Origin: Podarcis melisellensis
Lineage: Eukaryota
Direction: 5' to 3' (one strand)
Assembly: GCA_964234715.1 (NCBI GenBank)
Contig: OZ174284.1
DNA length: 64,000 bases
The first letter of the stretch is position 1. Every line of letters begins with the position of its first letter. The translations under genes and the position numbers were made by a program. Under the pieces are notes generated by a model that searched no databases, was not told the DNA's origin, and was given only the letters and a program-made list of their open reading frames with translations. Of the stretch, positions 13,001 through 25,868 are shown piece after piece.

Positions 13001-16000
13001 AAGTTTTTGCTCACATTCTCAGGGGTGGTCTGAGGCAATAATCTATAGATGCTCTCCCTAGGAGAAAGAAGACAATGGCATTAGTACCGGTGACGTAAAA
13101 GAGTGCCTTCAATGACATAAAGTGTTGCCCAGTCAACACCTTTTTTTCAGCAGCCATCACTGAGCAAAATTATTTCACCCCACTTAGCAATTGTTTCTCT
13201 TTGCCATCTATGGCAAACAGTTATCATTTGTTGCTGCTTAGGACAATACCTAACTGTCCCATGCACATGTGAAAAGCTAAAAGTGTGGCGCTCTGTTCAT
13301 TTTAACTGATTTGTAAATGTGATGTCCTTTCTGTAAATATTTCAAGGCACTCTGTCATTTAACTGATTATATTTAGGTTTCAAGCAATCCCTTATGACAC
13401 GGTTGGCCTGAGCCCAGAAACTCAAGACTCACTTTTTCCATTCAATTAAAAGAACCAGAAATATTTACCTCGTTTTAAGTAGGATAGAACAAAAGCAGCC
13501 GGCGTTTCTGATTCACCTAAGCTGTGTTTGCCTGACCACAAGTATGTGGAAAGCCATCGACAGATGCACCTATTCGCTGGAGCCTTGCCATGCAGTAACA
13601 AACAAAACAAAGCAAACCCAACTACCTGATGAACTTCACCCTGCCATGCAATATTTGGGGCCTGTGCAATGCCTGAGCATTTTTGGAATGCTAGGAGGAG
13701 CCGTCTGATGAGTAATGGCAACATTCAAAGGCAGTTGGAAAAATCACTTAGGAGAGTGAGTTGAGGGAATTAAGAGTGAGGGTGAGCAGTTGGGGGGGGG
13801 GACAGCTTATGAGAAGGTTAGACAGAGAATAATGGAATTAGCGATTAGCATGATAACATCTGTTTAATTTGTTACAATTTCTCTTGTCTCTCCTGTGTGT
13901 ATGAAGTAAACTTCTACCACAACCTTTGCCTGTGCCAGGGCATGACACCAGAAGTTAACAATGTTGTTATGCAACGGGATAAGGAATGAAATGTGACTCA
14001 GAAAAGAACAATTTTGAACTCAGAAGAACAATTTTCATCCTAATTACATTGCTGCTTGGCTTCAAAGCCTTTTAAGGTAGGTAGGCCCAGAAGTGCTCGT
14101 TTGTCAACTGATCTGTCCTTAGAATACTGGGAGAAGCTGGCAGAAGAAAAGTCTGGGCCTCAATCTTATATTTACTAATTACACTTGAATTAGTGTTCTC
14201 CTTCATAGTTCTTCCCACTATCGCTACGTGAAAGGTTGCATCTCATTAAGGACATCCTTCCTGCAAGTTGCTTGGATAAATTTTTACCATGTCCCTGTTC
14301 ATGGCTCCTCATGCGTTATTCACTCAGGAAATGAGGACGAGTGATTAGAGTACCAATATCAGACATGGGATGAAAGCCCTATATTCTCCAAGACTGCAAT
14401 TCTAAACACACTTAACCCTAGAGCAAGTGTCACTGGGGCTTATTTCTGAGCAGACACGCACAGGACTGCAGTGAGAGTCCAACTGGACAGGTGTCTCTCT
14501 CTCTCTCTCCATCTAATCTCTCTTGTAAAACCATTGCAAATGTACATAAAGTAATCCCACTTAAAAAACCCCTGTGTTGCTTGCAGGAAGACAATGGTAT
14601 GAAAACTGCTCCACATGACCATTAAATCTGATTCTGCACACAAAGAGAAACTTCCTAATGTGTCTGGGTGGAATTACACAAATTCAGCAGATAAACACAC
14701 AAAGAAAAGCACAGCAAAAAAGAATGGGGAAACTGAAATGCAATCGGACAAAAAAGGTGCAGAATTAAGGTTGGTTCGTGCTTGCATAAATATCACATGA
14801 TTTCTGCAGGTATATTAAGGAGCCACAGACACTTCCATATTATGGCCCAGTTTGCATGTCACATTAAACCCTAGTTTAAAACGAACTGTGGCTTAATGTG
14901 AACAAGCAGCACGCTAGTTTGCAATACTCAAAATTTCCCTGAATGCTTCCCCTCTACTAACTCCTGCTGCTGCTGCACAGGTGAAACAAACCAGAGTCCA
15001 GTTTGCCATGTCATCCGAATGAGGGCTCAGAGTTTGCTTGTTGCAAACAAGCCATGAGTCGTAAACCAAGAACTAAACTTGACTACTGCTTGTGGCCTGT
15101 TTTGGGGAAAACAAGCCTGTGTTTGGGATACACAACAAGCCACACTCTGACATATTTCATTTGCAGTACAGTAGCCGCAGGGAATTACAGTTTAAGGTGA
15201 CATGTGAACCAGGCCACTCTCTCATCTGGAGAGAATTCACGTTTGTTCTCTACCCCCCACCACCAAACACACAGAAATTTATTTACCTCTCTGCCAGAAC
15301 CTCCAAAGGACTTGTTCCCAGAGACCAGCTTCGTACCATCCAGGCAGAATCCATGGCGGCAAGGAAGCCCCTGGCAATTCCAGTTCCCATTGGCCAGAAT
15401 GGCTAGAAGAGACCACCAAGAAGCAATGGGGGAGGGGGGAGGAAGAAGAAGAAGAAGAGAATGAGTTCCCTAAGAAAACTGGAGAAGCTGACATATTGCA
15501 ATACTGCCTTAAGACCCAGACTCCCTCCAAGCCTCTGTAGGAGCAACATCTAATAATTCCAATGCACCCTTATCCCCTGAGCTGCCACAGTAGCTTTCCA
15601 AAGCCAGATATGCCATTTAAGTCAATTATAGACTGCTAATTGTTGTTTGCTACCCAATTACAGGCTCTATAAACCATGCCTCTTTTTAAGTCATAGCAGA
15701 GCAATTGGGGGGGAGGAGCACTTCCAGCATTTCTTATCTGGTCTCTTTTGCATATTGCGTTTTTCAAGTCACAAGGACACTCCTGCAAGTCACACCCATG
15801 TCTGGATGTGCATATATATGTAAGACCTACAACAACACTCCACTACTTCCATGTGAAGCCAGAGGCACGAGAGCTGCAAAAGAAGCAACACTAGCATGCA
15901 TCAAAACGTTCTGAACTGTGAGAAGGCTCGCCTCCTTTTATCATGCAAGTTACTTTTTAAAATTTATTCAATATATGTTTGTTTAATTGATGTGGATTCT

Positions 16001-19000
16001 GGAGAAAAAGCAGTGTGTTGATAGAGAGCAATTAATAGTCCACCCCTATTCAAATGAACTAGATAGTGATGTAAGTTGCCTTTTGATAGTCCTCCACACA
16101 TTTACAGAAAAAAGTAATTATTCTTTATGCACAGTCCCCTGCCCCACGAGATCACTGGGTGGTATTCAACACTAGTCCTACACAGTAGACCCACCAAAGT
16201 TAATGGACGTGTCTAAGTTAGCAGCATTAATTTCAATGGGTCTACTCTGAGTTGGATTTTCTCCAGTGGTGTCACACAGCTGATGGTGATGCCTCCCTCT
16301 GTCAGTAGAAAGGAGGCGAACAACTTTCTGTGATTTCCCCTCTTGCCTATAGCCTCTGCATCCCAAAGTTGCTTTGGAGGGCTCCCAAACTCTCTGAAGC
16401 AGATACAGAGCATCAGCTAAGCAACAGTGTTTGAAATAAGCCATTGTTTTCAAATTCTGTTTTTCTCCACCTATTTATTTTTTCATCCAGATTATTTTTT
16501 CTGCTCTGTTCAGTGCTAATCCCCTCAACAAACATGGAAACAACTACATATTTGATTGTAAGGTCTTGAGTGCAAGGACTTCTGTTGCAAAGTGCTCTGC
16601 ACATCAGTGATATTACATTAAGCATACAAAACGTTGTTGACCGCCCTGAACATCTGTGATGGGAAAGTAAATAAAAACAAAGTCATTTGAAACAAGAAAC
16701 AACCCATGTAAAAGAAACAAACCTCTAATAGACTGTCCCCAACCAATGCCACTAGCAACTGGTGGCCATTTACTTCTCGAACCATGGCTGCGTTCTCTGA
16801 GGCATACATGCATGTGAAGTCAAACATGGCTACATCGGGCTGCCCATAGTGGTTGATAGCGAAGTCCAGCGATGGCAGTTGCTGATTGGTTGAGAAGTCA
16901 GCTGCTTCCCTGGCGTAATTGAGCAAAGCTTCCTGATCCACATTCTCCCGCGAAAGAAGGAGCTCTGTATCTGCATAGTCCTGCAAGACCAAAAGAGAGA
17001 GAGAAAGGATCAGGGATTGTGCAATGCTCTGAGGGCATATAAGGCAACCCTAGTACTGAAACCAACCAGGCCTGGCATCGCCAGCTAGCTGCCTAGAAAG
17101 CAAGCCCCCTAGGAACCACTTCTAAGTTGTTCTAACTTCCTCAGCAGGAGAGCCAAGCATAACAATCAGACTTTGTTGAAGAATTGTGCAGGTGGACAAG
17201 TTTGGAGCGCAGTGTGCCAATATTCAAGGTGAACTTTGGTACATCAGTGAAATGGATGAACTTTTCCATTGCAGATGTCCTGGGCCTCTGCCATCAGCCA
17301 GGAGAATAAAGATCACAGGGAAGATGCTCCCCTGGCCTCCTAGGAAGAACATCGTGGCAAGGCGGAGATCAAGCTGGCCACTTCCGTTGACCAAGGACCA
17401 GAAGGGAACTTGCTCTACCTGTCCCTGCCAAAAATAACACTTGTAAGAGCTTCATAACTCAACTAGTAGTAGTGACCAAGTTCGTATCCCCCTCCTTCCC
17501 TCACAATATTGTGTTATGTGCTTTAGACTGTAAGCCTGAGAATTGGGACCATCTTATTGTAAGCCACTCTGGGAAGCTGTCAGCTGAAAGTCAGGATAAA
17601 AAACACTTTAAATAAAATAATGGGAAGGAAAACTTATTTTCAGCTCCATAGCATCTTATTCACACAACAATATGTACTAAGACAACTGCTCAATCTATAC
17701 TCTGGTGGTTAAAAAACAACCCTTTGCTGCCACACTTTATATCAAATAGCATAGATGTATTTTTCCTGGATAGATGTTTATGCACAAAACAGCAGCTACC
17801 AGCAGCTCATTTACTGAGTCAGTTCAGTTACACAGTGGTAAAACAAATATGTCAGAACACAAGAGCAAACTCTGCCACAACTGATAATTAAAGATACCAA
17901 TCATTCTTCTTTCAAAATTACTCAAGGTCATATTTATATAAGGTGAAATTAGCTCTTGAATTTTGGTGACTGCTTCTTTGGGCATTATTTGTCAGTTTCC
18001 CATTTAATAATCTAATGGTCTCTTTGCTTTAAATTGACGCTATCAATAATCTGAGTCAAAACCTGTCCTAGAAAATTGATGTGACAGCCAAGAGCAAGTC
18101 AGCAGAATAGTTAGCAAACTCTAAAGTGCTTGAATGATGGTGCTGCACTCACTCCACACATTTGTACAAAGGTTTCAAAGAGACTTAACAAGCACACTCA
18201 CATGCAATATCACTCCTTTTTCCAGTAAGCTCTGCTTTTTGGCAGTCATAACAAAGTAGTGGGTGTCGTCTTTGTAGTAGACAATGTTCTCCAGATCAAT
18301 GCCTAAGTTGGAAGAAAAACAGACACAGAATCAAGCAGTGGAGGGGTAAATACAAGAGCATGTGGCAGAATGCGGAATGTATTGCAGGCGGCCCTCCCAG
18401 TGATCTCACCTTACATGTCCTTGTAAGATGGTCTAAGGAAGACACCTATAGGGAAAAACTAGTCCCAGACTACAAGGTGCTCCCCATGCTACAACAAGGT
18501 GTCCAATAAGAAAACGAAAAAGGCTTCTTCCTGGAGCTGGTGCCAAAATTGGGGTATAATTGGGGTATAAGAACAGCACAATGCCTGGAAAAGGGAAGGG
18601 GAGTGATGCCATTACACAGATCTAGTTGATATGGAAACTCTAAAGGCCCAAGATGCAAACTTCTGCCAAGCAGACTGCAAGGCATATAATGCTTCTGATC
18701 CAAACAGACAGGGCATTTTTTCTAGAAAAATAGGTGCCAGTACTGACCATGAAGTTGTTACAGTAACTGCCACACTTATTAACAACAACAACAGTAGTGT
18801 CAGTGCTGCGTACGCTTGAGTACCCCCTAAACCCCCACTGCAAACAGATGTAGCCCATAATTTGCAAGTTGTTAAGTGAAGAAGTAGTCCTGGATGAATG
18901 GCCTTTCCGAAAGCCTCGGCAACACAGAACCAAACAGTGAAAACCATCCCACAAGACAACACAAAGCAGAGACCCACTTGAAATGTACATACAGTGCTGT

Positions 19001-22000
19001 GGGGGTGGCCGCAGTTGCCACAGCTGTTTCCATACTAAAAAATTAAAAAATAGTCCAGTCACACCTTAGAGACCAACTAAGTTTGTTCTGGGTGTAAGCT
19101 TTCGTGTGCATGCACACTTCTTCAGATACACTGAAACAGAAATCACCAGACCCTTATATAGTGGGAGGGTGGGGTGGGGTTTTTCTCAGGAGGGTAGTAA
19201 GAGATGGGTGATTGGCTCAATGGGTATGGTAAACCTGTTGACGACTGTTAACGACTGCAATTTAGTCCTACAGGAAAAAGCAAGGGACAGTATGCAGATG
19301 ACCAAAAATAGCTTTAGCATGTGTAATGAGACAAGAATCCAATATCTCTATTCAGACCAGGTCTTTCCATAGTTTTCAGTTTAGTAATAAGTTGTAATAA
19401 TTTGTAATTGAGCAAGTTTCCATACTGGGAGAGAACACCTGAAGTGTTCCATCAAGTGGGTTGCTACGATGCTACAGTTAGGAAACATGCAGGTAACATT
19501 GCTCCTAAGTGGCTGAACATCACCGCTGTAGTTACTTAACCATTATGGCCCCACATAGAGTGTATCAAAATCGAAACAAGATTGCCTTTGAGAATCAAGC
19601 ATAATGAAAACATACCATAGGAATCCACTGTTGTTTCACCCTTTAACAGGCAGAGAACATAAGCCAAGACTCAGAAACCACACTATCTGCTCTATAAACT
19701 GGGCAACTGAAACAATCCCACGTGTTCCTTGTGGCACCACGAATGGCGAGCAGCCATCCTCCAGGTAGTACAAAGAAATCATGAAAACTGAAAAGATCAT
19801 ATATGCATATTGCAAATGCCCCTTTTTCGTCTTTGGACTACTTCTACAAACCTGTAGCTTCTCTTAGATCCTGGAAGAATTTCTGGTTGAATATAAAGGC
19901 CACACCACTGATCTCTTCAACTTTGGCTTCCGCTGTTGTATTGCGGTTGATGAAGTTTGCCGTAATGGCAATTGCCAGCTTGCCACGGAATTCTTTTCTT
20001 CGAAACCCTACAGAAGAGATAAGGGACAACAACAAAAAAGGCATGTGGTTCAAAGGTCTCACTGTGACAACGAAAGTGTCAATTAAATAGGCTCAGGGGT
20101 GTCTTGATGATGGAAGTGTTGACAATGGAAGCAACGTCTGCATGGGAGTAGTAGAAAAAACTGGATTAAAACAAGAGACCTGGACTTTTACTCAGCTATC
20201 CAAAGACTGAGTTGTTTCATTCACCAGAGTCAGCACCTACAACGTATTTCTTATAATTAGGGGCGGATACATTCATTTCACTAAGTGTGCAATAAAACTT
20301 GTATATGGGCCTTTCACAGTCCATTCTGGGTATAGAACCATAAAAATGTAGAGTTGGAAGGGAGGCCTGAGGGTCATCAGCCCCCTGCAATGCAGGAATC
20401 TCAACTAAAGCACCTGCTAACTATGTAATGCATGTCCTCAAAGTTGCTTCCTATGTTACTTTCCCCCACTATAGTTGCAGAAAATGTACCAAGTAGTAAC
20501 TTAGTACAGTGGGAATACCGTGAACAAGCAAGGGGATCCTCTGCCTGCATGAGGAGGAGGATGTTTCCATTCCCCATCTTCCCTCTATCTCTGACTGGGT
20601 GCAACTGTGAAATAAAACTCTTTCCCCGTGGCGTAATACAATGTATGATACACCTTGTTGCATGACCAGTGTGATTAAGCGGTAACTTGATCAAAGTAGC
20701 CAAGCTGTGCTTCTGCTGCAACAGACAATAATCACAGAGGCATCTTACAGATTAACAAATTTACGGTGGCAGGAGCATTGGTTGGAAGGAGCTTCCTTAG
20801 GTCAAATCCCCCCCCCCAAAAAAAATCTTGTCCGGGGGAGTGAAAGTATATTTTTCAGCAGTTTGACTGGTTAGGAGCTGCTGAGTATGAAAATGCTCCA
20901 CCAGAGCATAAACAAGGCAAGCCGGATGATCCAGGTCTAGCAACTTAGCACACATGAACACACAACACTTCCTTATACTGAATCAAACCAGTAGTCCATG
21001 TAGCCAGTGCCATCTACGCGGACTGAAAACAGCTCTCAAGAGATGTCAAGAGGAGAGATATTTTCCAGTCCTGGAATCTGGCATCTTCTGCATAGGGCTG
21101 GCCCTCTCATTAGGTAGGATGAGGCAGCCACCTAAGGCAGATGATTTTGGGGTGACATGAAAGGGCAGCAAATTGTTCATCACTTAATGTGTCATTATTG
21201 TAGTATATTTAGAACTGCTTGTGGGACTGCCTGCCTCAGGTGGCCAAGCAACTTGACTACTCTTGGGTATTATGCACCTTGTCTTAGCGAGGGGCAGCAT
21301 TAGCTGCTCTGCCTCAGGCAGCAAAAGGTTTTGGACCAGCTCTGCTTCTGCATAAAAAGTGCACGTTCCATCACTCAACCATGGTCCCCTCATCCAACAT
21401 AATTTATTTCAATAATGTGTCCCCCTGGAAGACTTGCAAGACAGTGGTTGGGGTGCATAGCTGAGCAGAAACTAGAGGTGCTGACTCCACACTGCTATAA
21501 ACACCAGTAGCAGCTACCTTCCAATGTGTTCCTCCTTCCATCTCCTCCAATGATCACGTCAAACTCGTATTCCGACACAGGATGCGTTTTCGGGTGAACT
21601 TGTGCACGCCAACCTATTCCTATAAATAAATTCTGCATGTTAATAACATTTTAGCACAACGATACCAGATAACATTTCACTGAGCCTAGCAAAACTGGTG
21701 TGGAACGTTAATTGCACCTTAACTTGCCTCCCCTGGGGGTTTCCCCATTACATGCATTACTGAAGCAGCCCGTGACACTATGACAATGCAAGAACCAACT
21801 CTCAGACGCCACCAGCAGAACAATACACGCCTTCATCTTTACTCTTCCAGATCCTGCTGCTCATCCCAACTCTACTTACTCTCATTCTCCTGGTCCTCAG
21901 GAGGGTAGAGCAGCCCCTGGAATTCCACATTGACATGGATCTCAACACCCAGGATTAAGGAGACTTTCAAGAGTATCAGCTGGAGCTGACGAATACCTGT

Positions 22001-25000
22001 GAGACAGAGGGACAGACAATGAAAATGACAAGAAGTGCTTAATGTGAAACCTGCTGATTGGCACTAACGCATTACCAAGGCCTGACACTAATGTTACCAT
22101 CAATCCCCTCCAAAGAGCTTTGTAACCTAAAAATATAATCCAATAGTCAATGAAGTGACTAAAAGCAACCCTAGATGCTTCCCGGATGACTATCAGCAGC
22201 AGAACTCTAAAGATTAAAGCGTCTGGATTGCGATCAAATGAGACTGTACAAAAGAAAGTGGATAGGAAATCAGAGGGGAAAAACTATTATTTTGCTATGG
22301 TGAACTTCTTTGCTGAACGTACTCAATCTAGTATGATCTGCTTTTTTACCAGGGAGACTCATTAAAACATTTCTTCTCTCATGTGGCAATAGTACCTCTC
22401 CCCACAGGGAGCAATTGAAAGAAAAAACTCACCTTGTGGCAATTTATACAGCCATGCAAGTAACTACCCACCTGTTTGCTAGAGACTTGTGATTATTATC
22501 TGTCAACAAAGACAGGCTGCTGCTCTTAATGAACTTACATGTGTTATCTGTGTACAGCTACATACATTGGTTGCTGCTGTATCAATACATTAAAAAAATT
22601 CCAAGGACAGAAATCCTATGCAGATTTTCTTGGAAGTATGCCTGAATTAACTCAGTGGAATTTCTGAGAATACAAGTGCATGAAAGGATTTGAAGGGCTG
22701 TAGAAGGAGAACTCACTATCTGGCAGGGGACATGCTGCTCCCATACGCACCAACCTCAACTCTAGCCCCCTTCCTTCCTCCACCCCAAACCTAAATATGA
22801 GAAAGCTAATAAATATTATTGTGGCCGACAAGTAATTTTCTATGTCAAAATTATCTGGATCGCAGCCATCTCAGACACACACACCACCCTCCTCAGCCCC
22901 ATCTAAGGATATATATAATTAGTGATAACCAAGAATGGTACCACTTACTGATATGGTCGATGGCTCCCGCACAGAACTTGCCATAGAATTTTTTGGCGCC
23001 AAGGCCCCGCAAGTCATGTATGGTAAATGGCCACAGATGCAGAACATTGTTGCGGGAGAAGGCATCACGCTTTTCTATCACCACCACCTTTGCTCCTAGA
23101 AAGGATAGGTCAATGGCTGTTCGAAGGCCGCAGGGTCCAGCCCCAATGATGAGACACTGCAAGGGAGGCAACAGTTTTATACGTCATTGTATAAAGATGA
23201 TTCCAAAATTCAAACTTCCAAGTCTGGACGGGGGGGGGGGGAGGTTTATATGGCCTTTGTTCACTGAAATGCAACAAAATCCAGGAAGACATTGAAAGAT
23301 ACTCAAGTGCACTTTCTACAGTTCTGGCTATAGGACAATCACCACAATTTCAGTGGAAATACACAGCAGTGAGAAAAAGCCAGTCTTCTTCATCAGGAAT
23401 CACTTCAGATTTGTGTCAGGCAACGTCAAGTTTTCAGAATAACCGTAGTCTTTTCCTAATATGAAATGGTTCCGCAGAATCAAATCAGGTTACCTGCATG
23501 GCGGTATGCCTTAGAAAATACACATAAACCAGCTTACAGTTTTCCAAAGCAGCTTTTGTCTACACAGGATTCAGCAAAAGCAGTGCTTGGATTCCCTACG
23601 CATAATAGTTCCTCCACTTCAGCATTTGACTCCACTATCATAATATTTGGACAGGGGCATGACTCAGGGGTGGAGCATGTACTCTGCGTGCAGAAGGCCA
23701 CAAATTCAATCCCTGCCACCTACAATTAAAACTATCTCATGTTCTGGGTAAGACCTCTACCAAACTTCTGCTCAAATCTCAGAACAAGTTCACTTTCTAA
23801 TTCCCCTCCATTCCCAAAACAGATTTATTAAAACACCATTAAATGTACACCCCACTTTTCCTCTAGGTGCTCAAGCTGGTGTGTACACAGTCCCTTCACT
23901 TTATCCTCAAAACAACCCTGCGAAGTAGGGGAAGCGCACTTTGTGAGCTTAATGCCTGAGTGGGGATTCGAAACTGGGTTTCCCAGTTGCAGACAAACAC
24001 CAAGCCAGGCATCCCCAACCTGTGGCCCTCCGAATGTTTTGGCCTACAACTCCCATGATCCCTAGCTAACAGGACCAGTGGTCTGGGATGATGGGAATTG
24101 TAGTCCAAAACACCTGGAGAGCTGAAGGTTGGGAATGCCTGCACTAAGCTGCTGCTATAGTTTCTGACACCATCAAGAAGCCACAGTAACTTCCATGAAC
24201 GGCCACTCTGGAATCCATGCCCACATTCTGAGCTGTGTTTGGGAGGGAAAGATAGTCATGTTGCTGCCCCTGCAGAGATTCCATGCCAACTTCATTCCCT
24301 ACTGTGCTAGTTTCTATTTACAGCAAATTTTCATAAAGGGTAGTATTCAGAAATGTGATCTGTGCATGCAATCTGAAGTGGTACAACTGCCTCAAAGGTC
24401 TACCTCCTCGTTCAGTTGCATATGCAGACTAAGTGGGTTGCCCACTGTAAGTCCCTCTGTCCTCACCCAGCTCACAGCGTTGCAAAAATGATACGAAACA
24501 AAACAAACCAACCAACAAAACCAGAACACCCACATGCTCATCCCCAAGACCTTTGGAGGAAGAGCAGAATACAAATTAACATTCACACAAGTAACAACTG
24601 AGCGCTGGTGACTGTTGGAATCCTGTCACTGGCATAGCAAATGGGGAAATCACTCAGAAGCTGCAATGGGAATTCTTGCCTGCTCCAAGAATTATATCAG
24701 GAAGCGATATCACTAAGCCACCAAACAGCCAGGACAGAAAAGATAAGGTCAAAGCCAGGGTAACAAAGATGAAGCACAGGCAGTGTTAACAAGAGATGGA
24801 GGCTGCAAAGCACACTGTGAACAGTGTTGATCTTTGGGAACATGCCGTTTCTGCAGATGAAGCAGCCCAACTAAACACAGCTGCCAGCAGCTTCCCAGCC
24901 TTACATCATACTGCTAAATACAAGTTTTAAGTAGATTATTTATTGGTGGTATCTGTTTGTTTTGAAAAACCACCAAGGGTTAGCAGGCGATTAGCTGACA

Positions 25001-25868
25001 AAATAGGGACTTTTAGAACAAGGTGATCAGCAATTTTAAGAAACTAACTGGAAATTTAAATAGATTGTAACTGAAGTTTATACTTTTCATAAATAAAATC
25101 TGGTCATTTGAACTTGAAGAGTTTTTCATGAGGATCAGAATCATTTTTTTATATCAAGCAGGTGCCTTCACTATACTCTCTGCAGCACCTGCTAAAGGCA
25201 TTCTTATTTAGAAAAGCCTACCCAGGTCTTTTAAAAGTCTGTATGAGTTCTAACTTGCTTTAGTCTATTGTATTGCAGTTTTAATTTTCTGCAGGTTTTA
25301 AATGATGGTTGTAATTTTTTAGTGATAATGTTTTAGAAGGAGATCCCTAAGACTTCCACACAAAGCAACAAGTAATCTTGCTTAAACATGTAGTATAATT
25401 GTACCAGCTGCAGCACTCTGTGTAGCCCAGCTGCACATTGCATTGAGATTATTGTCCAGCTTAGCAGGGATAAACAGCAAGAGCCACATGGAAAATACTA
25501 GCCAACATCACAGGCTCATCTACATGTAACTGCATTCAGCTAAAGGCCATTTTCATCTATACTGTACAGGTAAACCTAATGCAACCCTGCTTGTCAATGC
25601 CCACCTTCGTGTTGGCGCATACTTTCCCCTTCTTGTAGTCCTTGTGGCAGCCTCTCTTATCCAACTTGGCCCAAAGGGCTTTGGCTTTCCAGTAATTAAG
25701 CTTGGACTTGAGCTTGTGGTAGAAAGTACGATAGTCTTTGGGCTTCAGCTCTAGAAAATCGCAGAGCTCCTGGAAGGCTTTGAGAGTCCCTTTGCAGGTC
25801 GAGGCCTGGACAAATCGGTCAAAGAGGACATGGGCCTGGTTCATCTTCTCATTACTCCTTTCCTCCAT
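2118..25868 (-). CDS. MICAL3: MICAL3 (F-actin monooxygenase), 5' portion, multi-exon; continues past position 1 (LIM and C-terminal domains not in window)
   Basis: 15 constitutive exons with GT-AG boundaries and matching phases give 746 codons starting [39 protein letters not shown] motifs GAGPCG, GGDG and GDSLLEPFWP and a CH domain are present. The sequence matches MICAL3 as I recall it, rather than MICAL1/2. Confidence 0.97.
3995..4027. repeat. (CA)n microsatellite
   Basis: Direct reading. Confidence 0.95.
6955..7038 (-). CDS. MICAL3: MICAL3 cassette exon A (84 nt, [28 protein letters not shown]); 93 nt if the exon starts at 7047
   Basis: Phase 0-0, stop-free, donor CAG|gtaaaa; resembles the 28-aa ...PAPTPRWKQ insert I recall from mammalian MICAL3 isoforms. 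Confidence 0.82.
8552..8725 (-). CDS. MICAL3: MICAL3 coding exon 15 (174 nt, [15 protein letters not shown]...[30 protein letters not shown])
   Basis: ttgccag|GAG ... CAG|gtagga; MICAL2/3 motif [16 protein letters not shown]. Confidence 0.95.
9532..9594 (-). CDS. MICAL3: MICAL3 coding exon 14 (63 nt, [21 protein letters not shown])
   Basis: tgcccag|GAT ... GAT|gtaaga; completes the bipartite NLS-like RKR...KRRK. Confidence 0.94.
9923..10035 (-). CDS. MICAL3: MICAL3 coding exon 13 (113 nt, [37 protein letters not shown])
   Basis: ctcacag|AT ... AAG|gtaacc; frame continuous. Confidence 0.94.
10673..10869 (-). CDS. MICAL3: MICAL3 coding exon 12 (197 nt, [18 protein letters not shown]...FKDSLPSG)
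   Basis: cctccag|AG ... GGTG|gtaaga; CH C-terminal [10 protein letters not shown]. Confidence 0.97.
11273..11420 (-). CDS. MICAL3: MICAL3 coding exon 11 (148 nt, CH domain start, [15 protein letters not shown]...RYRPDL)
   Basis: tatttag|AG ... CAT|gtaaga; type-2 CH signature [13 protein letters not shown]. Confidence 0.97.
11484..11625. mobile_element. Truncated Tigger/pogo-like MITE
   Basis: Left TIR TA-cagtggtacctc shared with the 62627 element; no clear right TIR. Confidence 0.6.
11974..12067 (-). CDS. MICAL3: MICAL3 coding exon 10 (94 nt, [31 protein letters not shown])
   Basis: ggtgcag|GTA ... AATG|gtaagc. Confidence 0.95.
12931..13057 (-). CDS. MICAL3: MICAL3 coding exon 9 (127 nt, [42 protein letters not shown])
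   Basis: tcctag|GG ... CAG|gtaatt. Confidence 0.96.
15287..15402 (-). CDS. MICAL3: MICAL3 coding exon 8 (116 nt, [38 protein letters not shown])
   Basis: cttctag|CCA ... GAGAG|gtaaat. Confidence 0.96.
16723..16980 (-). CDS. MICAL3: MICAL3 coding exon 7 (258 nt, DYADTELLL...VGDSLLE)
   Basis: ttgcag|GAC ... GAG|gtttgt; GD motif; overlaps ORF 16618..16992. Confidence 0.97.
18202..18302 (-). CDS. MICAL3: MICAL3 coding exon 6 (101 nt, [33 protein letters not shown])
   Basis: aacttag|GC ... CAT|gtgagt. Confidence 0.96.
19061..19397 (-). mobile_element. Penelope-like element 3' fragment (GIY-YIG ORF end plus 3' region)
   Basis: Minus strand 19397-19314 reads [27 protein letters not shown], typical of a PLE endonuclease C-terminus; a hammerhead motif follows. 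Confidence 0.8.
19092..19131 (-). ncRNA. Minimal type-I hammerhead ribozyme motif (PLE-associated)
   Basis: gtgtat-CUGAAGA-a-gtgtgcatgcacac-GAAA-gc-UU-acac; conserved core, palindromic stem II, palindromic AAGCUU in place of stem III. Confidence 0.65.
19852..20007 (-). CDS. MICAL3: MICAL3 coding exon 5 (156 nt, FRRKEFRGK...DLREAT)
   Basis: ctgtag|GG ... ACAG|gtttgt; overlaps ORF 19844..20062. Confidence 0.96.
21092..21344. mobile_element. Old hAT-like MITE
   Basis: Ends agggctggccct / ggaccagctctg are imperfect inverted repeats; internal gcctcagg repeats. Confidence 0.5.
21518..21619 (-). CDS. MICAL3: MICAL3 coding exon 4 (102 nt, [33 protein letters not shown])
   Basis: tttatag|GA ... GAAG|gtagct; DG motif. 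Confidence 0.96.
21880..21996 (-). CDS. MICAL3: MICAL3 coding exon 3 (117 nt, [38 protein letters not shown])
   Basis: ctcacag|GT ... GAGA|gtaagt; phase 1-1. Confidence 0.96.
22949..23156 (-). CDS. MICAL3: MICAL3 coding exon 2 (208 nt, [10 protein letters not shown]...AIDHI)
   Basis: ttgcag|TGT ... ATCA|gtaagt; GxGxxG FAD-binding motif. Confidence 0.97.
24006..24141. mobile_element. hAT-type palindromic MITE (ctacaactcccat family) inserted in an older SINE
   Basis: TIRs caggcatccccaacct / aggttgggaatgcctg; 8-bp TSD caccaagc / cactaagc. Confidence 0.8.
25605..25868 (-). CDS. MICAL3: MICAL3 coding exon 1 (264 coding nt, MEERS...CANTK); exon probably begins at 25993
   Basis: Start context agcATGg; donor AAG|gtggg; upstream acceptor cactgacctgtcttttgcttttctag|GTT. 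Confidence 0.96.

Noticed and set aside
13996-14036. Short direct repeats (also 41407-41433) as a possible CRISPR-like array
   Set aside because: Only two copies with no spacers; ordinary slippage duplications in a vertebrate genome
8552-25868. Alternative identity as MICAL1, MICAL2 or a pseudogene
   Set aside because: N-terminus and linker match MICAL3 as recalled; all exons are stop-free with canonical, phase-consistent splice sites
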